Shown here: piece after piece, positions 10,401 to 20,227 of the stretch
Layout of the letters: each line of letters opens with the position of its first letter
Position numbering within the stretch: the first letter of the stretch is position 1
Origin: Nitrosopumilus sp.
GTDB lineage: Archaea > Thermoproteota > Nitrososphaeria > Nitrososphaerales > Nitrosopumilaceae
Direction of reading: 5' to 3'
DNA: 64,000 nucleotides
NCBI GenBank assembly: GCA_965197525.1
Contig: OZ240211.1
Location: 32,001 to 96,000 of the forward strand
Notes under the pieces: model-generated
The model's database searches: none
What the model saw: only the letters and a program-made list of their open reading frames with translations
Told to the model about the DNA's origin: nothing
Position numbers and translations under genes: made by a program

Positions 10401-13400
10401 GACTGGCACATTGTTTACCGTGACATCGTAGGTGGCAGATGCCGTGGCCCCGTCGTCGTCGGTAACAGTGAGGGTAAATGTAACTTGGGTGTCCGAGGAT
10501 ACCTGTGATGCAGTGTATCGCAGGATAGCCGCATCGCCAGTCGTGATCGTGATAGTAGACGTATCATCCACGCTCCACAGGTACGAGGATATGTTGCCGT
10601 CAGAATCGGAGGCAATACCCGTGAGCGTGCCTGATGCGCCCTCGTTGATTGTAGTGTTACCGGTTATGCTGCTAATAGTTGGGGGCTGGTTGGGAACGGT
10701 AAATATCTCAATGTTCTTGTTCTGCGCAAGGGATCCGAATGCCCCGGGCGGGTTAAAGTCAAACATTACAGCAGGATCCGGGAGGAGAGGGATTACGTCC
10801 CTGCCTGGGCTCTTAAGGGCAGTGATCGTTGCCCCCCCCATCTCACCGTCAGGCGACAGTGAGTTTTGTGCAACATACTGGAGATCAGAGGATACGTCCG
10901 TACTCTGTGGCGCGTACCTGAAGGTAAGGATGTCGGTGCCGCTACCGGACAGATAGGGGGCCGTTCTGTGTTGTGGACTGACATCAAGCGTGAGTCGGGG
11001 CGTTCCGGTTACGGCCACTGGTTCTGAAAATTTGACTGTAATATCGACTGTCTGGCTTGATCCGTACGTGCCGTCTGCAGTGGTGGAGGACACGGCGCGG
11101 ATCAATACATCCTTGTCAAAGTACATGATGTGCACGGTGCCGTGATCCGTCCCGCCGTGGTCGTCGCCCCAAGCGCCTGCGGCAAGGTCCGGCACCCCGT
11201 CGCCGTCAAGGTCGCCTATTGCCGCGACGGATGCGCCAAAAAAGTCATCGTCTGACAGTACGGGGCCGTTTGCAGTGGAGTCGTTTATCTCGACTGTACC
11301 CTTTACCGTGCCGTTACCGTTCATGAACATGACGTGCACGGCGCCGTGATCCGTCCCGCCGTTGTCGTCGCCATCAGCGCCTACGGCAAGGTCCTGCACC
11401 CCGTCGCCGTCAAGGTCGCCTATTGCCGCGACGGATATGCCAAAATAGTCCTCGTCTGACAGTACGGGGCCGTTTGCAGTGGAGTCGTTTATCTCGACTG
11501 TACCCTTTACCGTGCCGTTACCGTTCATGAACATGACGTGCACGGCGCCGCGGCCCGGCCCGCCGTTGTAGTTGCCCCAAGCGCCTACGACAAGGTCTTG
11601 CACTCCGTCGCCGTCAAGGTCGCCTATTGCCGCGACGGATGCGCCAAAATAGTCCTCGTCTGACAGTACGGGGCCGTTTGCAGTGGAGTCGTTTATCTCA
11701 ACTGTGCCCTTTACAGAGCCGTTACCGTTCATGAACATGACGTGCACGGCGCCGCGGCCTTCCCCGCCGTTGCTGTCGCCATTAGCGCCTGCGGCAAGGT
11801 CCGGCACCCCGTCGCCGTCAAGGTCGCCTATTGCCGCGACGGATGTGCCAAAAAAATCATTGTTTGATAGTACGGGGCCGTTTGCAGTGGAGTTGTTTAT
11901 CTCGACTGTATCCTTTACAGAGCCGTTACCGTTCATGAACATGACGTGCACGGCGCCGTGATCCGTCCCGCCGTTGTCGTCGCCATTAGCGCCTACGGCA
12001 AGGTCCTGCACCCCGTCGCCGTCAAGGTCGCCTATTGCCGCGACGGATCTGCCAAAACCGTCATCGTCTGACAGTACGGGGCCGTTTGCAGTGGAGTTGT
12101 TTATCTCGACTGTGCCCTTTACAGAGCCGTTACCGTTCATGAACATGACGTGCACGGCGCCGCGCTTCTCCCCGCCGTCGTCATCTCCCTGAGCACCAAC
12201 TGCAAGGTCTGTCACCCCGTCGCCGTCAAGGTCGCCTATTGCCGCGACGGATCCGCCAAAATAGTCATAGTCTGACAGTACGGGGCTGTTTGCGGTGGAG
12301 TCGTTTATCTTGACCGTATCCTTTACAGAGCCGTTACCGTTCATGAACATGACGTGCACGGTGCCGTGATCCGTCCCGCCGTGGTCGTCGCCCCAAGCGC
12401 CTGCGGCAAGGTCCTGCACCCCGTCGCCGTCAAGGTCGCCTATTGCCGCGACGGATGCGCCAAAAAAGTCATCGTCTGACAGTACGGGGCCGTTTGCAGT
12501 GGAGTCGTTTATCTCGACCGTATCCTTTACAGAGCCGTCGCGGTTCATGAACATGACGTGCACGGCGCCGTGATCCGTCCCGCCGTTGTCGTCGCCATCA
12601 GCGCCTACGGCAAGGTCCTGCACCCCGTCGCCGTCAAGGTCGCCTATTGCCGCGACGGATATGCCAAAATAGTCCTCGTCTGACAGTACGGGGCCGTTTG
12701 CAGTGGAGTCGTTTATCTCGACTGTACCCTTTACCGTGCCGTTACCGTTCATGAACATGACGTGCACGGCGCCGCGGCCCGGCCCGCCGTTGTAGTTGCC
12801 CCAAGCGCCTACGACAAGGTCTTGCACTCCGTCGCCGTCAAGGTCGCCTATTGCCGCGACGGATGCGCCAAAATAGTCCTCGTCTGACAGTACGGGGCCG
12901 TTTGCAGTGGAGTCGTTTATCTCAACTGTGCCCTTTACAGAGCCGTTACCGTTCATGAACATGACGTGCACGGCGCCGCGGCCTTCCCCGCCGTTGCTGT
13001 CGCCATTAGCGCCTGCGGCAAGGTCCGGCACCCCGTCGCCGTCAAGGTCGCCTATTGCCGCGACGGATGTGCCAAAAAAATCATTGTTTGATAGTACGGG
13101 GCCGTTTGCAGTGGAGTTGTTTATCTCGACTGTATCCTTTACAGAGCCGTTACCGTTCATGAACATGACGTGCACGGCGCCGTGATCCGTCCCGCCGTTG
13201 TCGTCGCCATTAGCGCCTACGGCAAGGTCCTGCACCCCGTCGCCGTCAAGGTCGCCTATTGCCGCGACGGATCTGCCAAAACCGTCATCGTCTGACAGTA
13301 CGGGGCCGTTTGCAGTGGAGTTGTTTATCTCGACTGTGCCCTTTACAGAGCCGTTACCGTTCATGAACATGACGTGCACGGCGCCGCGCTTCTCCCCGCC

Positions 13401-16400
13401 GTCGTCATCTCCCTGAGCACCAACTGCAAGGTCTGTCACCCCGTCGCCGTCAAGGTCGCCTATTGCCGCGACGGATCCGCCAAAATAGTCATAGTCTGAC
13501 AGTACGGGGCTGTTTGCGGTGGAGTCGTTTATCTTGACCGTATCCTTTACAGAGCCGTTACCGTTCATGAACATGACGTGCACGGTGCCGTGATCCGTCC
13601 CGCCGTGGTCGTCGCCCCAAGCGCCTGCGGCAAGGTCTGTCACCCCGTCGCCGTCAAGGTCGCCTATTGCCGCGACGGATGCGCCAAAAAAGTCATCGTC
13701 TGACAGTACGGGGCCGTTTGCAGTGGAGTCGTTTATCTCGACCGTATCCTTTACAGAGCCGTCGCGGTTCATGAACATGACGTGCACGGCGCCGTGATCC
13801 GTCCCGCCGTTGTCGTCGCCATCAGCGCCTACGGCAAGGTCCTGCACCCCGTCGCCGTCAAGGTCGCCTATTGCCGCGACGGATATGCCAAAATAGTCCT
13901 CGTCTGACAGTACGGGGCCGTTTGCAGTGGAGTCGTTTATCTCGACTGTACCCTTTACCGTGCCGTTACCGTTCATGAACATGACGTGCACGGCGCCGCG
14001 GCCCGGCCCGCCGTTGTAGTTGCCCCAAGCGCCTACGACAAGGTCTTGCACTCCGTCGCCGTCAAGGTCGCCTATTGCCGCGACGGATGCGCCAAAATAG
14101 TCCTCGTCTGACAGTACGGGGCCGTTTGCAGTGGAGTCGTTTATCTCGACTGTACCCTTTACCGTGCCGTTACCGTTCATGAACATGACGTGCACGGCGC
14201 CGCGGCCTTCCCCGCCGTTGCTGTCGCCATTAGCGCCTGCGGCAAGGTCCGGCACCCCGTCGCCGTCAAGGTCGCCTATTGCCGCGACGGATGTGCCAAA
14301 AAAATCATTGTTTGATAGTACGGGGCCGTTTGCAGTGGAGTTGTTTATCTCGACTGTATCCTTTACAGAGCCGTTACCGTTCATGAACATGACGTGCACG
14401 GCGCCGTGATCCGTCCCGCCGTTGTCGTCGCCATTAGCGCCTACGGCAAGGTCCTGCACCCCGTCGCCGTCAAGGTCGCCTATTGCCGCGACGGATCTGC
14501 CAAAACCGTCATCGTCTGACAGTACGGGGCCGTTTGCAGTGGAGTTGTTTATCTCGACCGTATCCTTTACAGAGCCGTTACCGTTCATGAACATGACGTG
14601 CACGGCGCCGCGCTTCTCCCCGCCGTCGTCATCTCCCTGAGCACCAACTGCAAGGTCTGTCACCCCGTCGCCGTCAAGGTCGCCTATTGCCGCGACGGAT
14701 CCGCCAAAATAGTCATAGTCTGACAGTACGGGGCTGTTTGCGGTGGAGTCGTTTATCTCTACTGTGTTGTCGACAGAGCCGTTTCCATTGGTTTTCATGC
14801 CATTAATGTGGATTATGTGTACGGCGCCGCGGTCTGATCCGCCCTCGTCATCTTGATAAGCACCAACTGCAAGGTCTGTCACCCCGTCGCCGTCAAGGTC
14901 GCCTATGGAAGCAACGGAGACGCCGAAACTGTCATCGTCTGATAGCGTGGGACCGTTTGTAGTGGAATCGTTTATCTCTACTGTGCTGTTTATCGTACCG
15001 TCAGTATTCATAAACATTATGTGTACGGCGCCGCGCTCTGATCCGCCGTCGCCGTCATCTTGATAAGCACCAACTGCAAGGTCTGTCACCCCGTCGCCGT
15101 CAAGGTCGCCTATGGAAGCAACGGAGACGCCGAAATAGTCAACGTTTGATAGCGTGGGACCGTTTGCAGTGGAGTCGTTTATCTCTACTGTGCTGTTTAT
15201 CGTACCGTCAGTATTCATAAACATTATGTGTACGGCGCCGCGGTCTCGTCCGCGGTCGTCATCTCGATTAGCACCAACTGCAAGGTCTGTCACCCCGTCG
15301 CCGTCAAGGTCGCCTATGGAAGCAACGGAGGCGCCGAAATAGTCAACGTTTGATAGCGTGGGACCGTTTGCAGTGGAGTCGTTTATCTCTACTGTGCTGT
15401 CTACCGTACCGTCAGTATTCATAAACATTATGTGTACTGCGCCGCGGTCTGATCCGCTGTCGTCATCTCGATTAGCACCAACTGCAAGGTCTGTCACCCC
15501 GTCGCCGTCAAGGTCGCCTATGGAAGCAACGGAGGCGCCGAAGCGGTCAACGTCTGATAGCGTGGGACCGTTTGCAGTGGAGTCGTTTATCTCTACTGTG
15601 CTGTCTACCGTACCGTCAGTATTCATAAACATTATGTGTACTGCGCCGCGGTCTCGTCCGCCGCCGTCATCTCGAGCAGCACCAACTGCAAGGTCTGTCA
15701 CCCCGTCGCCGTCAAGGTCGCCTATGGAAGCAACGGAGACGCCGAAACGGTCATTGTCTGATAGCGTGGGACCGTTTGCAGTGGAGCTGTTTATCTCTAC
15801 TGTGCTGTCTACCGTACCGTCAGTATTCATAAACATTATGTGTACTGCGCCGCGGTCTGATCCGCCGCCGTCATCTCGAGCAGCACCAACTGCAAGGTCT
15901 GTCACCCCGTCGCCGTCAAGGTCGCCTATGGGAGTAACGGAGAAGCCGAAGCGGTCAACGTCTGATAGCGTGGGACCGTTTGCAGTGGAGCTGTTTATCT
16001 CCACTACGGAGTTTGGATACGCGTTGTTTGATGCGTACGCAGTATCCACACCAAAGCTTAGATGTATGTCGTGTATGCCAGGGGTGTGAACCGATAGCAC
16101 GAGGCTTGCGATGCCGTCGCACTGATAGTCCTCAAACGTAATGATCCCATCATGTGCTGTAGCATCCAGTATGGAGTCGTTGCCGCACAATACCCCCACA
16201 AACCCCACGTCGTCAGGAGAAGAGTCCCCAAACGTGGTGCCGTTTATTACAGAGATTGTTAGGTTATGGGTACCGTATGTCCTAAAGTTTATCGTCCACT
16301 CCCCGCCCACTACAGGATAGGACTGCGGGTTGAGTACGTCGATTCGCCCGTACTCACGGTTCAGAAAACTGGCTGCCGACTGCTGTATCTCTGAGGTAGT

Positions 16401-16566
16401 TACCGTTACAGGTGTGGGGGGGGGGGCTGTCAGTTATCGTGATCACAGGGTCAGTCATATAGGCAGACGCAAAACTGACATCATAGTACTGGAACAGTAA
16501 CAAAGATACAGTCACTACCACAATGGCCATGACTGTCATAGTATGATGAATTCTTAATGTATTCAT
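4490..16566 (-). CDS. Giant secreted or surface protein (~4000 aa if joined), split in this sequence into ORFs 16354-16566, 10308-16310 and 4490-9958. Order: signal/TM, N-domain, 24 FG-GAP repeats, Ig-like, ~7-8 PKD/cadherin-like repeats, 6 FG-GAP, 3 Ig-like, 2 cadherin/He_PIG-like, conserved C-terminal domain
   Basis: Repeat content is continuous across the breaks. The breaks are an 11-C tract at 16416-16426 and a scrambled repeat junction at ~10085-10320. GDLDGDGVTDLAVGA is the FG-GAP calcium-binding motif. The N-terminus is hydrophobic. Confidence 0.8.
6170..7185 (-). repeat. Three near-identical Ig-like repeats (DTTPPRVASILRGTPLAQSTTDTTLVFAVTFDEPV...)
   Basis: Three copies are visible in the DNA and protein, with spacings of ~354 and ~318 bp. 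Confidence 0.9.
7230..8440 (-). repeat. Six FG-GAP repeats (~204 bp unit)
   Basis: Six GD(L/F)DGDGVTDLAVGA motifs in ORF 4490-9958. Confidence 0.92.
8500..10700 (-). repeat. 294-bp tandem PKD/cadherin-like repeats alternating between two variants (588-bp dimer)
   Basis: Shadow ORFs start at 8511, 8805, 9099, 9393 and 9687. The variants are SGNAATLQY and TGDAAILRY. Confidence 0.92.
11130..16010 (-). repeat. 24 FG-GAP repeats: one block of 6 plus a 1224-bp six-repeat block present three times
   Basis: Near-identical shadow ORFs at 11683, 12907 and 14131 give a 1224-bp period. 24 DLDGDGV motifs were counted in the translation. Confidence 0.92.
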
Positions 16567-16628
16567 ATCACATTCCCACCATTATCATACAATAATCCAC
16601 AGGGACTATTTAAAAAGATTGTATATTC

Positions 16629-16758
16629 AACTCTGTTTCCTAATTACATGCAACACAGACACCCATCTGTGTGATTTTGCTTATGTCATTGCCTTCCCTC
16701 CTACACTGCGGTCTTTGTGGCGGGTTTTAGACTGATACACTATCTTTGGTGTGCCGTA
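16629..16758 (-). mobile_element. ~130-bp remnant of the 3' end of the IS5-family element found at 45.3-46.6 kb
   Basis: Near-identical to 45289-45418 (AACTCTGTTTCCTAATTACATGCAACACAGAC...TATCTTTGGTGTGCCGTA). Confidence 0.85.
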
Positions 16759-16870
16759 GTATTCCCATTGGATAATAGCTCATTTTGACTATACACATTT
16801 TGTATGTGTTTACATCGTACTTGGAAAAATAAGAGATGTTCCCACAGTGTGTTAAACTTATGCCTAAATC

Positions 16871-18590
16871 CAGTTAACCCAAAAGTGAGCCTAATCTAAC
16901 GTCTAAAAATCAATGCGGTGCTTTCAAATATCGTCATCTTTGAGAAAAAGACAGGCTTGATGGCTATTGCGTATAGTTTAAAGATCCGTCTGCAGACAAG
17001 ACCGAACATGACAGCCTAATCTTCAGAAAAAGTACTGGCTTTTCTGATACTAGATGTATCAAACATTTTAAAAATATGAACAGTTTTTTATCCTATCTAT
17101 TTGTACATCTAACAGAACGTCTGAAATTTGATGTTTGATGTACGTCGTAGATGTCTAGTACGAACACAGCGATCCGATGTCAGGCGGCGTCTTATAGCGC
17201 GGTTCGTGCCGGGCAAGCACGGTTATTATCTCGATTCGCAGATGTGTCTGCGTCATGCGTTTTGTGTTCTTGTCTGCCGGCTTGGATGTCGCAGACATCA
17301 TCGCATTTATCATCACCCAAGCATTGAACATTACCACAGAGTACAAAAAGCAGAATATCCTGGATACGGTCTTGTTGCTGCGCGTCCGCGCCCTCATCTC
17401 TTCTATCATGCGGTATCCCGTCTCTATGCCCCATCTCTTGGAGTACAGTTCGGCATCCTGAATAGGCATGTTGGTGGCAAATCCGATGAACTCTTCTTCT
17501 GGACGTGTATGCACATCGTCTGATTTTTCCCCACTGCTGCTTTTCTTCCTCTTCCTCTTCTTCTTCTTCTTACGCTCGGTTATGATTATGGTATACTTTA
17601 CTGACACTCCGTCGGCATTTGTGATGTATAGACTCGATACCGCCTTCCGTCTTCCCGCAACAAATTCTGCGATTGCATCCACTACGACATCTGTGTTCTT
17701 GCACGGTACAAGGTAGCCCACATCCATCTTCTCAAGGGCCTCAAAGACACGAGTGGAAAAGAATTCGCGGTCAAGCAATACGGCCCTGATATTACATCCC
17801 ACACTGCGGCATATTGCAATCAGGTCGCGTACAAAACCAGGAACATCCTCAAGTGCTCCCATGTGTAGGACTCCCAGTACAAGACGCGGTCCGCCGTCAA
17901 CGCACTGCGCTGTGATGTACCTCTCAAACGTCCCGGTTCCATTATTTCTTCTTGAACGCGTCAGATCGATGCCGGGTTCTTTGTCCCATCGCGGGATCAG
18001 GTGCATATCTATTGCAATTACCATGCCTTCGTTTGAAACCTGTCCGAGTGCGCGCACCGCATCAAGCTGCAGGCGCACAGAATTGGCAAAATCTTTCATC
18101 ATCTCAGTCCTGTCAATCTTGGCAAGAAGTCCGTTGAACCATTCGTCAGTGGGTGATGATGCCCGATGATGCGTTCCTGCACCCGTACTCCACTCAATAT
18201 GATTCCGTACCGCCGAAGCCGTGGCCCCTACAGAAGAGCCGTTGACTGTAGCCCACATCATGCCCCTGTTAAAGTCGTCAAGCCCGTATGTCCTGTTGGG
18301 GCTGTCCGATATTTTGATGCACGAGCAGATGCTGTCCTCGGCTGCCCTTACTGCTGCATCACTGCGCCTTTTATGCTGGCCGAACCATGATGATGAGAGA
18401 CGAATGTTTTGATTTGACACGTCATATTGTCATAAAAGTTATTTTTATGGTATTGTATTAGGCATTGCATAGAATTATGTCAAAATTTGTTCAGGCATGA
18501 AGTGGTGCTGGTACACAACAAAGGCAGTTGTTAATTTCATATGTGTTAAGGGAAATGATTCATATGAATTGCTTACTTTTGGGTTAACTG
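16871..18590 (-). mobile_element. ISH3-family insertion sequence, copy B (1720 bp)
   Basis: TIR CAGTTAACCCAAAAGT(G/A)AGC, 19/20 identical, at 16871-16890 and 18571-18590. Confidence 0.92.
17155..18420 (-). CDS. ISH3-family DDE transposase, apparently intact
   Basis: Catalytic D, D and E in IAIDMHLIP, VLLDREFFS and RWGIETGYR. Uninterrupted 421-aa ORF. Confidence 0.92.
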   Translation of the reverse strand: MSNQNIRLSSSWFGQHKRRSDAAVRAAEDSICSCIKISDSPNRTYGLDDFNRGMMWATVNGSSVGATASAVRNHIEWSTGAGTHHRASSPTDEWFNGLLAKIDRTEMMKDFANSVRLQLDAVRALGQVSNEGMVIAIDMHLIPRWDKEPGIDLTRSRRNNGTGTFERYITAQCVDGGPRLVLGVLHMGALEDVPGFVRDLIAICRSVGCNIRAVLLDREFFSTRVFEALEKMDVGYLVPCKNTDVVVDAIAEFVAGRRKAVSSLYITNADGVSVKYTIIITERKKKKKRKRKKSSSGEKSDDVHTRPEEEFIGFATNMPIQDAELYSKRWGIETGYRMIEEMRARTRSNKTVSRIFCFLYSVVMFNAWVMINAMMSATSKPADKNTKRMTQTHLRIEIITVLARHEPRYKTPPDIGSLCSY

Positions 18591-18599
18591 ATTAACTGG

Positions 18600-20168
18600 A
18601 TGGAAAAAGAAATAGAAGATTTTATTTATAGAACAGTGATTGTAAAACCAAGGCAGACAAAAGAACTGTCATTGAAGGCACGCAGGATTGCAAACTTTCA
18701 GACGTATTTTTTCAACATGGGCGTAGAGGCAGGACTGGTTGAAAAATATGACAAAATCAAGACAAGCCGTACCATTACTGACATACATCACACCATGCCA
18801 TGGAGCAACAGATATCACACCAATGTGGCAACAACTGCGTTCCAACAGGGGCATGATACGGCAGACAAACATTTGAAATCCTGCGCAAAAAAACGCAGAG
18901 TACGAAACTGGGCAAAAAAGACTGGTGACAAGAACCACAACTGGCACACGTCATTTAAAAATCTCAAACCAAACAAATGGATTGACAGAAACAGTTTGTT
19001 CAGAAACGCCAAAAATGCAAAACATGCATCCATAACAGTAAACGGTAAGCATCCCTCGCTAAGGATGGGAAAGTGGAAAAAACTGTACATGAATCTGCCT
19101 GGTATGGGTCAGGTGGAGCTGTTGTCGTCTTTGAATAATCTTCCAAAGCAACTGGCATGTGAAAGAGACAAAAACAGCACTAGCAAATTCTACCAGACCA
19201 ACATTGTATCATACAGGCTTGTAGAGAACACCAAAAAAATCACTGTCAATACAAACGATTCGAACCGCACGTTTGAGATCCATCTGACACTAAAAATACA
19301 GAGACCTAAAAATACGGATCGTACAGTCGTATGCGGAATAGACATGGGGGTTAAGAGATCCCTAGTCGTTCATGACGGAATAAATGCCGATTTTTACAGG
19401 ACACCTTATTCCTGTAGGAGAAAGAAAGACGATGTAGTCTCAGAACAACAGTCAAAAAGAGACGGCCACAAACTGCATAGTAACAGATGGAAAAAAGAGG
19501 ATCGCAAACTGAAGAGGATGAAGAAAACACTCAACAACAGAAGAACCGAGCACAATAATTTCCTTGCCAAACAGATTGTGATGAGAACAGGAGTGATAGT
19601 CATGGAAAAACTAAACATTGGCAATATGACTGCAAAAAATGAAAAGCGGAAAAGCGGCCTTAACAGGGAGATTTACGGGGCAGGTATGGGAAGAATGGGG
19701 GATAGAATAAAAATGACTGCCGAAAACCACGGAACCAAAACGCTTGAGATTGTTCCGCATTATACCAGCATAACGTGTAGTAAGTGCAATATGATCAACA
19801 GCAACTCTAGAACTACCAGGGATGCGTTTCAATGCGTATACTGTGGATTTTTGTGCGATGCAGACGATAACGCCAGCACAAACATCAGACATTACGGACT
19901 TCCGTGCATACGAAGGCTCCCGCTTGTAGACAGATATGGAAACTACAGGTGTGACAGCATGGAAAATATTATTTTAGCTAATAAAAATGGCACATCTAAT
20001 AGTGTCAGTGTTATTAGGGGCGGTAGGGATTATCGTCACAAGACAGAAGAATCAAAATATGGCTTACACCATGTTGTTTCTAAAAAAGACGGCAAGAACC
20101 AAGCTGTGAATGATTTGTTGGACTGTCAGAAAAAAACCTTGGTGTATAAATGTAACCTAGGTATATAA
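18600..20168 (+). CDS. tnpB: TnpB/Cas12f-like RNA-guided endonuclease (RuvC plus zinc finger), 522 aa
   Basis: RuvC-I VCGIDMG, RuvC-II VIVMEKLNI, zinc finger TSITCSKC...CVYCG and RuvC-III DADDNASTNI. All three acidic residues are present, followed by a ~90-aa extra C-terminal tail. The stop codon lies inside the right TIR. Confidence 0.92.
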   Translation: MEKEIEDFIYRTVIVKPRQTKELSLKARRIANFQTYFFNMGVEAGLVEKYDKIKTSRTITDIHHTMPWSNRYHTNVATTAFQQGHDTADKHLKSCAKKRRVRNWAKKTGDKNHNWHTSFKNLKPNKWIDRNSLFRNAKNAKHASITVNGKHPSLRMGKWKKLYMNLPGMGQVELLSSLNNLPKQLACERDKNSTSKFYQTNIVSYRLVENTKKITVNTNDSNRTFEIHLTLKIQRPKNTDRTVVCGIDMGVKRSLVVHDGINADFYRTPYSCRRKKDDVVSEQQSKRDGHKLHSNRWKKEDRKLKRMKKTLNNRRTEHNNFLAKQIVMRTGVIVMEKLNIGNMTAKNEKRKSGLNREIYGAGMGRMGDRIKMTAENHGTKTLEIVPHYTSITCSKCNMINSNSRTTRDAFQCVYCGFLCDADDNASTNIRHYGLPCIRRLPLVDRYGNYRCDSMENIILANKNGTSNSVSVIRGGRDYRHKTEESKYGLHHVVSKKDGKNQAVNDLLDCQKKTLVYKCNLGI

Positions 20169-20173
20169 TTCCC

Positions 20174-20181
20174 CTACTGAA
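20174..20181 (+). repeat. Right 8-bp target-site duplication CTACTGAA
   Basis: Matches 1706-1713. Confidence 0.85.
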
Positions 20182-20227
20182 TATTATCACAAACAGCTTT
20201 TTTAAATGGCGATACAAACCATTGATT

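Larger units (their letters stand above)
1773..18590. mobile_element. Putative ISH3 composite transposon (16,818 bp) carrying a giant surface-protein gene
   Basis: Two inverted ISH3-type elements share the terminal 13-mer CAGTTAACCCAAA. ATTAA flanks the two outer ends (1768-1772 and 18591-18595), while the inner flanks (ATCTA and AAATC) do not match. Confidence 0.7.
1714..20173. mobile_element. TIR- and TSD-bounded element whose only native gene is tnpB (core ~1637 bp), with a nested ISH3 composite insert
   Basis: Left end 1714-1738 GGGAATTACATACTTGGATTACATT versus reverse-complemented right end 20173-20149 GGGAATTATATACCTAGGTTACATT is 21/25 identical. Both ends are flanked by CTACTGAA. Removing 1773-18590 and one ATTAA copy leaves TIR-TATA-tnpB-TIR. 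Confidence 0.8.

Noticed and set aside
7230-16010. Diversity-generating retroelement acting on the variable FG-GAP loops
   Set aside because: There is no reverse transcriptase in the window, no non-coding template repeat, and the differences are not restricted to adenines.
5111-16089. Many plus-strand ORFs of 60-243 aa inside the first giant gene
   Set aside because: They are antisense shadows repeating with the 204, 294 and 1224-bp periods of the real gene.
18600-20168. Calling the nuclease a CRISPR-associated Cas12f effector
   Set aside because: No repeat-spacer array or cas1/cas2/cas4 was seen near it, and the context is a transposon-like unit.
1714-20173. Casposon interpretation of the GGG-starting TIRs
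   Set aside because: There is no Cas1-like casposase or family B polymerase inside, and the 8-bp duplication is shorter than I recall for characterised casposases. Mobilisation in trans cannot be excluded from this window.
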